Shown here piece by piece: positions 1 to 11,772 of a stretch of DNA of 64,000 nucleotides. Numbering within the stretch: position 1 is the stretch's first letter; each line of letters begins with the position of its first letter. The translations under genes and the position numbers were made by a program. This DNA comes from Callorhinchus milii (taxonomy: Eukaryota): positions 94,242,001 to 94,306,000 of the forward strand of contig NW_024704742.1 of NCBI RefSeq assembly GCF_018977255.1, written 5' to 3'. The notes beneath the pieces were generated by a model. It was not told the origin of the DNA. It saw only the letters and a program-made list of their open reading frames with translations, and ran no database searches.

Positions 1-2242
1 GCAGGTAGTTGGCGTAGTCAAGCCAGGACGTAATGAAAGTGTGGATCAGGGTCTCGGTGGCTTGTGGTGAGAGGCAGTGGCAGAGTCGGGCAATATTGCA
101 GAGGTGTGGAAAGGCGGTACGGGTCATGGCACGAATGTGGGATTTTTAGGATAGCTAACGCTCGAAAAGGACACCAAGGTTTCGGATTGGCTCGGTGAGG
201 TGAAGAGTGCAGCCATGAATGGTAATAGTGTCAGTGGCTGAGGTAAGGAGGCACTGCAGGAAGCCAAGTAGGACAGCTCTGTCTTGTCAACACTGAGCTG
301 GAGGAAGTTGGCTCTCGTCCAGGACTTGATGTTAGACTGAAAATTAGCCAGGACATCAAGTGTCCTGGAGTCAAGGGTAGAGGCGGCGAGGTAGAGTTGG
401 ATTTCGGTGAGATAAGAGTTGGGTGTCAACTGTATACATGTGGAAATTGACTCCATACCTGCGGATGACATCACCGAGCAAGAACATGTATAGATTGAAG
501 AGGAAGGGGCTGAGGACAGAGCCCTGAGGGACGCCACACGTGACAATTCGGGGACTAGAGGAGGAGCCGTTGGTGGCCACGAAGTGCAGACGGTGGGAAG
601 GTAGGATTGGAACCAGGTAAGAACAGAACCATTGAGGTGGAAGTGAGAGGAGAGGCGGTGGAGAAGAATAGAGTGATCAACAGTATCGATAATGACTGAG
701 AGGTGGAGAAGGGCGAGGAGACAGAGGGCTCTGACCACAGGTGGACAGAATGTCTTTTGTCACTTTGAACAGAGCTGTCTCTGTGCTCTGTGCAGCCAGA
801 AACGCAGATTGGAGGGGTACCTGGAGGGAATGCTGAAAGAGGAAATAGCGAAGCTGGGAAGCGATGACTCATTCCACAACCTTTGATACAAAAGGAGGTT
901 TGAAATTGGGCGGTAGTTGGAGAGCAGAGATGGGTCAAGGGAAGGTTTTTTGAGGGTAGGGATGATGATGGTTGTCTTTAGGGGGAAGGGTACGGTGCCA
1001 TGGACAGGGAGAAGTTAGCAAAGTCTGTTAGTAGGGGGGCAAGGAGGTGGAGTTGGGAGGTGAGGAGAGGGTTAGGGAGCAGATGGTGGGTTTCATATGG
1101 GAAATGATGGAGGTGAGCGAAGAGGCAGAGACAGGGTCAAAAGTGTGGAGGGAGGGGTGGGGGAGCTGGAAGGGGAGTGGGAGGTGGGGACAGGGTGCTG
1201 GAAGAGCAGAGCAGATCCCCTCAACTTTGGACTCGAGAAAATCCATCATTTCTTCGCATTTGGTGTTGGAGGAGAGGATGGCAGAGGATGGGAGGGTGGA
1301 CGGAGGAGTTGGTTTATGGTAGAAAAGAGGAGTTTGGGGTTGTCCTTAGCTTCGAAGATGATTTTGCAATAAAAGGATGACTTAGCTGAGACGAGGGCAG
1401 AGAGGTAGGTCTTGATGCAGTTCTGCTAGATCCCACGGTGAACTGTTAATTTGGATTTGGGCCAGGTGCATTCGGTGGAGCGAACCTGAAATTTGAGGGA
1501 GGGGAAGCAGCTGGTGTACCAGGGGCATTGGTACGGGAGATGACGGGGGCAAGAGGGTCGAGAATAGCTGAGAGGGAGTTGTTTAGAAGGGTGATCAAGG
1601 AGGGTAGATCATTGCAGGAGGAAGGCCAGAGAGTAGGAGTTCAGATGCCTCCAGGGCAGCGGAGAGGGCATGGAGGGGGATTTTTCTCCAGAGGCAATAG
1701 GAGATGCACGTGGGGTAGGTGGCAGGGAGGGGGATGGAGGAGTAAAGGGAGATGAAATAGTGATCTGAATTGTCTTTGTCAGTGATGGTGACATCAGAGA
1801 TGGTAAGGCCCTGGGTTATAACCAGATCTATCGGGTGGCCATGGATGTGAGTGATGCAGTTGATGTGGAGGGAGAGGTGAGGAGAGGAGAGAGGAGAAGT
1901 CAGCAGATGTGGAGCAAAAAGGGGTGAAGTGGAGATTAAAGTTTCCCAAGATGATGAAGAGTTCAGAACAGACACAGAGGGAAGACAGGAGGGTGGGGAT
2001 GTCAGAGAGGAAAGCGGGGGTGGGGAGGTCGATAGATGAGAAGGATTTTTAAGGAGAGATTGGAGGGATGGTAGAGAGTGAGGTGATCAAATGAGGAGAA
2101 GGATCCAGAGGAGTAAGAGGATAGACCCAGTGAGGACCTGGAGATGAGGGCCACACCACCGGCCACTACTGTTGGGTCGCAGGGCATGATGGAAGGTATA
2201 GCCAGGTGGCGTGGCCTCAGTAAGAGAGAAAATGTCGCCTGG
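1..2242 (-). mobile_element. Degraded L2-clade LINE (APE endonuclease and RT remnants, frameshifted), runs off the left edge
   Basis: Minus-strand ORF pieces carry LINE motifs: GGVALISR (2002-2289), HGHPIDLVIT and SDHYFI (1595-1975), [12 protein letters not shown] (124-738), [10 protein letters not shown] and [10 protein letters not shown] (371-580). Colinear with the better-preserved copy at 46.7-50.1 kb. Confidence 0.9.
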
Positions 2243-2614
2243 ACATGCACTGCTGCTACAAACTGAGTATCATTTCCCCATTTGTGCAATGTACTAATTG
2301 ATAGCTACAGGATTATTTGAAGCCATGTCTGAAAATGTTATTGTGCTTTACATGAATATTTTAATAGCAGTCAATAAGGAAACAACTAAGTAGCATGCCA
2401 CTACCTGGAAAACATCAGTGAATTCATGTCGGAAAGTTGCAGAACATTCGGTAAGGATAAACACAATGCCAAAACCAAAATACAGACCTCATCTAAATTG
2501 AAATTATTAATGGCTTTATAATGAATATTTTAATAACAGTCAATAAGGAACCTAAAGTCAGGACCCAAAAAGATTGCAGAATTAACAAACACACTGATTC
2601 TAATCTTAATATCA

Positions 2615-2748
2615 AAAGATTTGTGCGCAATTGGCTGCCGCATTTCGGCCACAGAATACACTTTACAATATATTGTGTGAAGCTCTTTGAGACGTCCAAT
2701 GACGTAATAAGGCGCTCTATCAAATGCAATGATTATTATTATTATTAT
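2615..2748 (+). mobile_element. SINE 3' fragment with L2-type stem-loop and (TTA)n tail
   Basis: tgtgcgcaattggctgcc...gctctttgagacgtccaatgacgtaataaggcgctctatcaaatgcaatgattattattattatt, the same 3' module as the full SINE copies. Confidence 0.8.
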
Positions 2749-4312
2749 CTTGCTCTGGGTAACAGAAGCGGCAGAATGGTTATAGATTTCAATCGTTATG
2801 TACAGTTTGACAACAGACTCTTGCTTTTGAGAGTGTAATAGGTGTAGGACATGGATGCACTTTAACAATGCAATAACAGTAAAGCACTCCGCGCTTAACA
2901 AGAACACCACGAGTCAGAATCTTAGACTGAAATGACTTGTCCTCACGGAAGGAAAGAAAGGAAAGGGAAAAATGATTCCTTTGCCAGCCACTATATGGTG
3001 CAGTTTGAACCTGGCATCTACAGTCTCAATGAACCTGAAAAATAGTAGAGATGTCTTGTCATATGGAAGAGCATCTCCTGCTGATGGGTAATTGAAATGG
3101 CATTTTCAGGAATTTAAATCTATATTCACAGTTCAAACCATCTTGACTTTCCGCGTGGAAAGGAAGCACAGCGACAGAAGATAATAAGGAAGAGGGCTCT
3201 AAAAGTGACAAGCTGAGAAAGATGAAAAGAAAACAAAGACACCTCATTAAAGTGCTCTGCATGTGTGTATATTTCCACTCATCAAGGTGACTTGTGGCAG
3301 TACTAAGGAAGGAGGGAATATTTTGCTACTTCACAGTGACTCCATCAAACAAGCCTAGAACCGCTATATAGCACAGGGCAGATATCACGCAGAGCTCCTC
3401 CTTATTACTGTAACAAGACAGTTCAGTTGCTTTTGCGTTTAAAATATAAGTTATCCTCACATAGAGATAACCACAAATCGTACCCAATTTTAGACGTTTT
3501 TTATAACTTATTTCATTTAATTTCATTGGGACGTCCTCCCGACGTGAAAGGCGCTCTATAAATGGAATCTTGATGTAATAGTTTATTAGGAAAACCTTTC
3601 GGACAAAAAAGAGGCTTTCATCTCCATTTCCATGGCTAGATTCATGTACCCAACTTCAAGAGAAAGGTATCTTTAACGTTAATAACTATATCTATAAATA
3701 TTAAATTAGCTTCTTCAAAATATCAGGAATACTGACAGACTCTTCAAAACCTCTATTCCAATGATGACATCAGCCATTATTCAAGGCATTGGTTCCAGAA
3801 ATATTGAAACCAGTGGATCTGAAGAAAATGTTCAAAGGTAAATTTTGAATTTCTTTGAAGCCTTTTCACTTTAAACATAAGAAATGATTTCCGTTGACCT
3901 CAAATTTTCAACAACTTATATTTATATAGAATCCTTCATGCAGGGCAGTGTCTCAGAGTGCTTAATTTAACAGCAATGACAACAAAATTGCATTAATTTA
4001 GTTGTGTTATTCAACTGCATTATTTAGTGTTTCAAAACACAGATCCCGATTGACCTATGTAAATAAAGGCAACAGTGCAGCATTGGTTATGCAGATCAGA
4101 TGCTCACAGATTCTAATCTGGCTATGCTGAGTTAGCCAATCTTACTGAAGCAGCAGTTAGGATGTTACAGTCTCAGTATTCCTGGGTTAGAGCGGGGAAA
4201 GAAATCAGATATGGTTTCAGAAGTGCAATAGCCTTCCAGGACCAATTGTCAAATATGTCTGGCACCCAAGGATACGTATTCCAGTAAAACAAAGTATAAG
4301 TCAAGTTGCTCC

Positions 4313-4672
4313 CACCTACCTCTGTGACCTCCTAAACGCCTAACAACCTGCCCGCACCCTCTGCTCAGCAGACTCTGTCCTGCTTCACATCCCTGGCCTC
4401 GCCCGCCCCAACATTGACAGGTGGCCCTTCTGCCACTCTGCTCCACCCTCTGGAACTCCATCCACAGTCCCTTCGCCTCGCTCCCTCCCTTGCCTCCTTC
4501 AAGACCCATCTCAAGACCCTAGTTTCTGACCATGCTTTCCTTCACCCCGCTTCCCCCTTGCCCTCCACCCTCCCCAATCCCAAGCCCCAGCTCGGGTCCG
4601 AAACACTGACTGTCCAGCGCCTTGGGACGTCCTCCCGACGTGAAAGGCGTTATACAAATGTCATTTTGTTGT
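4313..4672 (+). mobile_element. 5'-truncated L2 3' end
   Basis: Matches the 3' ~350 nt of the 46.7-50.15 kb L2, including gcgccttgggacgtcctcccgacgtgaaaggcgt and a ttgttg tail. Confidence 0.85.
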
Positions 4673-5689
4673 TTTTTCAGGAGAGGAGGATGGTGGGGAC
4701 AAAAAGGAAGCACAGTTGCACCTTGCAGCATCCTACAGCTAGAAGTAGTAAAGTTAGGAAGATGTTTCATAAATGCACAATGTTCTCTGAAACAAAATAC
4801 CCAATTGTTCTTCTTCGACTTTGCAGCTCTCACAGAGTTAATCGTGCTTTTTTTCTTATTTATTTTGTTAAAAGCATTCAATTTCAATGCAAGATTTCTG
4901 AGAAGCTCCAAGGTTATAAATGGTTATAACACATGCTCAGTTTAGCGGTAAAAAATAGTTCAATGGAAAGAGACTTCTCCACCCAAAGGAGGCAGTCAGG
5001 TGATCATATAATGGTTGTTATTAGGTGCATAAGAATGGTCCTAGTGACTCACCTTTCATTTTCCTGTATGCTCATGCCTACCTTTCATTTGGTGCCTTTA
5101 ACTGAGTCCCACGATTAAGGTCAAGAGCTCAGTTTGTGTGAGGAATCACAAGTACAAACCCATGTCCTAATATTTTGGGGTGATGGGTTGTTCTTCAATG
5201 TGGGGCATCATCAGACCGCCAATTAGCTTTCATAGCTTAATCATGATGTGCAACAGGGAAGAGGCTAGTGCATTGCATATGTTTTCTCTAGTATTTATTT
5301 GACTTGCAAACATAAATAAGAATACATACAGAATTGAAAAGCTTTCAAACGACACAGACTTTGACCATTCCAGTAAATTCAGATCAATATCCCTTGACCT
5401 ATCATTATCCCATTATAAGCATTTACTGTATTAGAGCATCTCTTGAGCCATAATCAGATCACGCAAAACATTCGTCATCAGTCCTGATGCAATTTTGGTG
5501 TTGATGAGACAAAATTACCTTGTCTAATCGCATTTGAAAGCTTTTACAGCAACCCTCGCAGTGAATCCTGATCTATTTCATTCAATTTGTAAAGTTCCTG
5601 TGTCAATTTATTCTACATTAAGTCATAGTTGCAAACTTGTTCTTTAAGAATTGTCAAGTTTATGCTTTTTTTTGGTCAGCCTGACGCAC

Positions 5690-6045
5690 GCAGAAACCCA
5701 TTACCAAGCTTATGTGTATCCAAACCAAACAGAATTCCGTGCATCCCATCTATACGTGGAAATTTCAGGGAAGTTTATTGGAATGGAATCCACACTATCT
5801 TCCTGGAGAGATGAATCCTGCTAATCCAATTCCAGAAAGTATTAGGCACAGGTTGACAATAACCAAGGCTTGGGGACCCCAGAGTGTGCGTTGGGTTATT
5901 GTTGGGATATAACCAGCTAAAACCACATAGCTTGACTGAAAGTACTGTCTGGCGAGCTTTCCTGCTGTTTATCCAATTAAGGGACCATCCTATCCATGAG
6001 GGCTTCGACCTGCAGGGTTAACAGGAGCTGAATGGGAAGAGTCTT
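5690..6045 (+). repeat. Unclassified interspersed repeat, copy 1 of 3
   Basis: Shares caaggcttggggaccccagagtgtg, tttattggaatggaat and ttaacaggagctga with 52205-52482, and agaaacccat...tatccaaaccaaac...agaattcc with 26464-26560. Confidence 0.7.
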
Positions 6046-8133
6046 TAACATCTGCATAAACCGCCGGATGGGACTTCAGCTTAACGTCGCGTTTGTAGAA
6101 CGATACCTCTAACAAAGCAGCATTCGCCCAACACTGTACTGAAATGTCAACCTAGAAGAGCACAGTATATCAGTTCAAAGTCCTGATGTGAGGCATAAAC
6201 TTTAGACTTAGAGGCAAGAGCGCTACCAACTTTGTTAACACTTTCATTCTATTTATAATAATTATAATCCTTTTATTTAATAACTCGAAAATACAGTAAA
6301 AGTAAAAGTATAATAAAAATATAGTCATTATATTGAAAGTAAAGAGGCTGCTTCCGCGCATTTGGTTCCTGAAGATTTCCAACAAGGGAAAAATATATAT
6401 TCAAATTCAGTTCTAATGTGCCAGCTATTCCATAGGACTAGGTGAGAGAGAATGGCAGGTTTTGGCTTTATAAATTTATATGACAACATCCTGCCATCTG
6501 CGGATAAACAAAATCCATTGTGAGGACATTGGTATTGAAAATGCAGTGTTCTCTATCTGGATTCGTACAGTAATTAGCAATTCAAAGTTGCAAACAGCAA
6601 CTGCTGCCAGTAACCAGGAATGTGTCACACCGACCAACAAGACCTCTGGTATCGTTCACTGTGGTCCTTTACAGTTATTGCTGGTCTGATGATGCATTTA
6701 CAGCTACTGTCAAGTGTATCGCCCGAATGATCGAATAGGCTCATGTGTTCAGGAATACTGTACCACATTTTAATCCAAACACTATGTGCAAAAATAGAAC
6801 ATGCAGCTCCACCTCCTGCCACAAGGTGGCAGTGCAAACATGCTCAGCCACTACACTAATTTGTGGTTTGATTGCATTTTAATTACTTTACTTACTTTGG
6901 GATTTTTCTCCATTTACTGGATAAAGAAGGTCCTACAGCCCATCCGACTTCATCCCTCCAGAACACCCAACCCTACCATCCTTCCCCCCCATCACTGTCT
7001 CTACATTCTTGTCGATTTTCGCCCTTTATGTACTTTCTACCCATCTGTCTTTCTTTGATGCCGAGGCAGATGAGGTGAAACAAGCAACATCTTTAACTGG
7101 ATGGACCCGTAATTTATTTCCTTCGCTTCTTAATGGGCAGGTGCTTGCTGTGTTTATTTCTAGAGATGCTATCTGTCCTTCAGTAGCTCAGCCAGGTGGC
7201 TATTCCTCTGCGTATGAGCCAAGGCGATAAACAGTGCCAGGCTAGGTAACCATAGGGGGGGGTTGGTGAATACTGCAGAACTGCATATATCACAGCCAAG
7301 CCTAACACTGTCCTCATCCCCTGAACAAGTGAGCCCTTTAAAGCCGGGCTCAGCTGATAAGAATCAGAAACAGAAACCCCTCGCCGATTAGCCTGAGGTG
7401 AAGTCAAGTATAGGAGTCCCTACCACCTCTAAAAAGCGCTCCAAGACATTACCCTACCCGAAGGGCACTATACAAATGTAAGTTGTTGTTATATTCATTT
7501 CTCCTGGCAGTCAATTAAATAAAATGCTGCACACTATCTCATTACTAAAATAGGAGGGGGGGAGTTTGTGGGGAAGAGGCAAAAAGAGAAAACTAAAAGA
7601 AAAAACAAACTGTATAATCATCCCGGGGCAGGGGAGGGGAGGTTGGATTAGGTGTAGAAAGGGTTGCCAGTACTGATTTGATTCATTGACAATTACAGTG
7701 AGTTGACAATGTAAGAAAAGAAACATTAAATTTCAAAGCTGATGGTTGTATTTTGTTGACTTGTTCACTTACAACTTGCATTTATACTGTTCCCTCATGT
7801 AGGGTCATGACTCGAAGTGCTTCACAATACTGGGGTCGGACGCCAAGCAAAGGAGAAGGGGGAAGAGAGAGATGACCAAAGGCGCGGTTAAACAATGGTA
7901 GATTTCATGGTGGGATTTAAGGACAGATGGGGGGGGGGGGGGGGCGAGGCCGAGGGGTACAGACAGGGAGTTCTGGAGTCTGGAGGTGTAGTGATTGAAG
8001 GCTCGGCCACCAATAGTGATGAGGAGGGGGTGGAAGACGTGCAACATTTATATATTATTCAACACATTTTTTCCCCTCAGAGCCCTCAATGCTACTGTCC
8101 TCATGTGTACAACATCTTGGCGAGTTCTCTTAC

Positions 8134-8297
8134 CTTCACCGTGATGGGGTTCAGCACAATTTTCACCGCTCATTAAAACCACAGAATCTTTCGGGGCCCA
8201 AACTGAGGCCTGCCAGGTTGCCATAGCTACTGGTGGCTCCTGGCAAGGAAAGAGAGCTCTGTTGTTTATAGGCGATCCTACTGTATACACACATGGC
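8134..8297 (-). CDS. AOPEP: Aminopeptidase O (M1 family), second coding exon, 164 nt
   Basis: Translates to (R)PCVYTVGSPINNRALFPCQEPPVAMATWQASVWAPKDSVVLMSGENCAEPHHGE, matching vertebrate AOPEP/C9orf3. Minus-strand acceptor ttttaaattgcag| and donor |gtaaga. The phase-2 join with the upstream exon gives AG|G = Arg. Confidence 0.95.
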
Positions 8298-9358
8298 CTG
8301 CAATTTAAAAACAAATACATCGTAAATTAACACAAAATACCAGAAAGGTTTTCGTCTAAAGAAAAATATAATTTATTTTAGTCTGACACAGCAATGGCAA
8401 AGCATTGGCCTCTAATTTAAAACCTACCTTTGCTATCAAATGACCAACTAGTGGTTGTCCTCTGGGGTGCATTTCTCCAAGGTGAGAGTATTGCAGTGAC
8501 AGGGAAATTTTATACGTGCTGCTGGAAAGCGTATGTGGAATTCTCACTCTGCTTTGGATACTCTTTGAGCACGGAGATGGGCTTTCACATGGGTCAGACA
8601 CCCAACATGAGATACGCCATAACAAATGCAAGGTTTATTATTATAACCGAATTTAACAAATGCAAAAAACTATGCAATATTGAATGTTTGGTTACAAAAG
8701 GGTTTATAATGATCTTTTGTCTCAAATGATGCGTTTAATCAGTACTTTGTAGGTAGTTATAAACAGTTAAGCTGCTTTATTATTTGAAGTTCTAATAATA
8801 AAATATTATGCAAATGTGAGCTGACACCTTTCTTCACTTCCGTCCCACTTCCATACTTTGGCTTTGTTCCACCCACCAAGTCTTTAAATGACTGTAATAT
8901 GCTCGCAGAACACTTGCATGTAATTACCCACCTGGTCCTCTCCAATACAACAGATAATTGAAGGCTCTGCCATAATTCAGAACTAAATAAAGGATCGCAA
9001 GCTGCTTGACTTGACCAATGGCCTGATCGTGGCTGTATTACCAAGATCATACTGCGTGACCTTAAGTTTTACTTATGCCTCATGTGCATCACTAAGTCTT
9101 GCCTTTAGTGAGATCTCTCCAGGTTGTGGATAAAAATAGTTTTCAATTATCAACTGTTTATGATTTTCCTTGGACTATCACATGCGTGCATTGCTTTTGC
9201 TGTAGTATGTTCTTTGTGACTCTCATGAACTCTGTAGCATTTAATAACTTAATAACTTTCTGCACCAAATGTTTATTATGTACAAAAGCATTTAATTACC
9301 TCATCTCTGATACCAACAGCAAGTTCCATATATAATAATAATAATTCTTGTATTTCAT

Positions 9359-10095
9359 CATAGAATCATAGAATTAGATAGCGCAGAAAGAGGCCATTTG
9401 GTCCATTGTGTCTGTGTCGGCTCTTTGCAAAGAGCTATCCAAATCAATCCCACTCCCCCGTTCTCTCCCCATAGCCCTGCAAACTTGTCCTCCCCAAATT
9501 ACCTACTTCTCTCTTAAACGTTGTTATCGAATCGGCTTCCACCACCCTTTCAGGCAATGCATTCCAGATCCGAACAACTCGCTGTGTGAAAAAATTTCTC
9601 CTCACCGCCTCTATGTTTCTTTTAGCGACTATTTTAAAATCGGTGTCCTCGGGTTACCGACCCACCCGCCAGTGGAAATAATTTCTCCTTGTTCACCCTA
9701 TCGGATCCCCTCATAATTTTGCAAATCTCGATTAAGTCTCCTCTTAACCTTCTCTGCTCCAAGGAGAATAATCGTAGCTTCTCTAGACTCTCCTGATAAC
9801 TGAAGTCCCTCATTCCTGGTACCATCCTGGTAAATCTCCTTTGCACCCTCTCCAATGCCTTGACATCCTTCCTAAAGTGTGGAGTCCAGAACTGAACACG
9901 GTCTCTAACTGAGGCCTAACCAGTGTTTTATAAAGGTTTGTCATAACTTCCTGACTTTTGTATTCTATACCCCTATTTTTATAAAGCCTAGTATCCCGTT
10001 TGCTTTAACAGCTTTATCTCCCTGTCCTGCCACCTTCAAAGATTTACTTATATGAAACCCCAGGTCTCTCTGTTCCAACATTCTACACCTGAAGT
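9359..10095 (-). mobile_element. CR1-clade LINE 3' fragment
   Basis: ORF 9634-9855 (MERVQRRFTRMVPGM...FSLEQRRLRGDLIE) and KANGILGFI are CR1 ORF2 C-terminal motifs. Ends in an ATTCTATG-type repeat (catagaatcatagaat on +). Confidence 0.9.
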
Positions 10096-11432
10096 CCCTC
10101 TCTTGATCCATTACCCCCAGAAAGTGATCCGGCAATCGACTAACAACCGGGCTCCTACTTACTGCCAGATAAACATCGGCGTGTGGATTAAGGAAACTTG
10201 CATAATATATAACTGCAGCTCTTCTTTCTAGCATTTCCATGTCTGCACCAAGTGCTTTGCCTTCATTTCTAGATGTTCTTGTGGTTTTATGTGCTCCATG
10301 GTTGACATGTAAAACTGACGTTTTCCACTTAATTCTTCTAAGTTTCGCTCGTGTTCCACACTTAGAAAAATAGAACTAAGGAATTTGCTGATTGACTCAA
10401 ACTGCTGAACTGCATAAAAACATGGACATTTTCAACATAGGAGGAGAGAAATCAGCCTATCTTGCCCATTCCACTGGTATTAGACCTCAGGACAGTGATT
10501 TAAGATCGTGCTTATTTGAGTCAGTATCATTTCCTCTCCCCCCCACCCCCACCTCACCCATTTCTGACTTGATGTAGAATCGCTATTCCACTAGACTTTG
10601 CCCCTTTGCTCCACACACTGACCGTGGAGAAGTGCAAGGTTGAATTTCATGCACTTCATTTGCAAGCGTCAACTCATAAACTGCTCTCTAGCTCCACAAA
10701 AGCTAGGAGTAGGAATTGGTCATGGCAAAACAGGTTAATATAATATAATATAAAAAATTATATTATAATAATTATCCTTGCATTTTATATAGGCCTTCTC
10801 ACATCGTTGAGATGTCTTAAAACACTTCACAGAATATATTGTAAAGTGGATTGACTGTGTATTTTGTGTGTGAAACACAGCAATGTCCCACAACAGTTAT
10901 GGATTGACTTACAATTTTTTTTTGAGGAATTATTACCACGATCCGCAAATCGACTGACAACTGGGTTCCTATTTACTGCTGGGTAAAAAGAGGCGTCTGG
11001 AGTAATAAAACTTGCCTAAGATTTCACCCTGCCCATTATTGAGGGCATTTACAGAGGGCATAATCATCTGGAAAAATTGAGCACAGCTATTACAAGAAAG
11101 GAAGTAGGTTTATCCAAAAGCTGTCCACATTTTCCTGCTGAGTTACATTAGAAAGGGAAATAAAAAGTCCACTGGTCTGGTACTCGACATGATGAAGCAC
11201 TAAAATCTATAGAGAATTGTTAATTTTTTTTAAACTGTTGCTCAATTTCCATGTGTTTTGCAAGAATTGTGACTGGGCTTCATTATTTGCGTTCCAGTGG
11301 ATTGAATGACTCACAGGTTGGAAGGAAAGACGAGCAAACGATACTGTGGCAATCACTCCGCCAGTCAGGAGAAGCCTGTGTGGGAGAGCAAGAATGCAAA
11401 TTCAAATCCCAATGCACCACTAGCATTGGAAC

Positions 11433-11772
11433 GGAGTACTGTAGCTTAGGTTTAGACCACTCGCCTCGCAAGCGAGAGGACCTGGGTTCCATTCCCGGGC
11501 AAAGCGAAAGATTAGGCAAGTTTCCTTACTCCACACACCTCTGTTTACCTACCCAGTTGTTAGTCGATTGGCGGATCCCTTTTCGGGGGTAATAATCCCT
11601 TAAAAAAAATATGGTCACTCAATCCATGATTGTTTGTGGGACACCGCTGTGAGCAATTGGCTTTCATGTTTCGCCCACGAAATATACTTTACAGTATATT
11701 CTGAGAAGCGTTTTGAAACATCTCGAAGACATGATAAGATGTTATATCAAATGCAAGGATTATTATTGTTAT
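11433..11772 (+). mobile_element. tRNA-derived SINE (Ala-CGC-like head, CORE-like centre, L2-type tail)
   Basis: ggagtactgtagcttagg...ctcgcctcgcaagcgagaggacctgggttccattccc...ggcaagtttccttactccacac...atcaaatgcaaggattattatt. Confidence 0.85.

Noticed and set aside
1..8133. Further AOPEP exons or the AOPEP-hosted miR-23b/27b/24-1 cluster
   Set aside because: I could not find the next exon motif (YYVTMPMPASTF-like) or the miRNA sequences. They are expected beyond the left edge.
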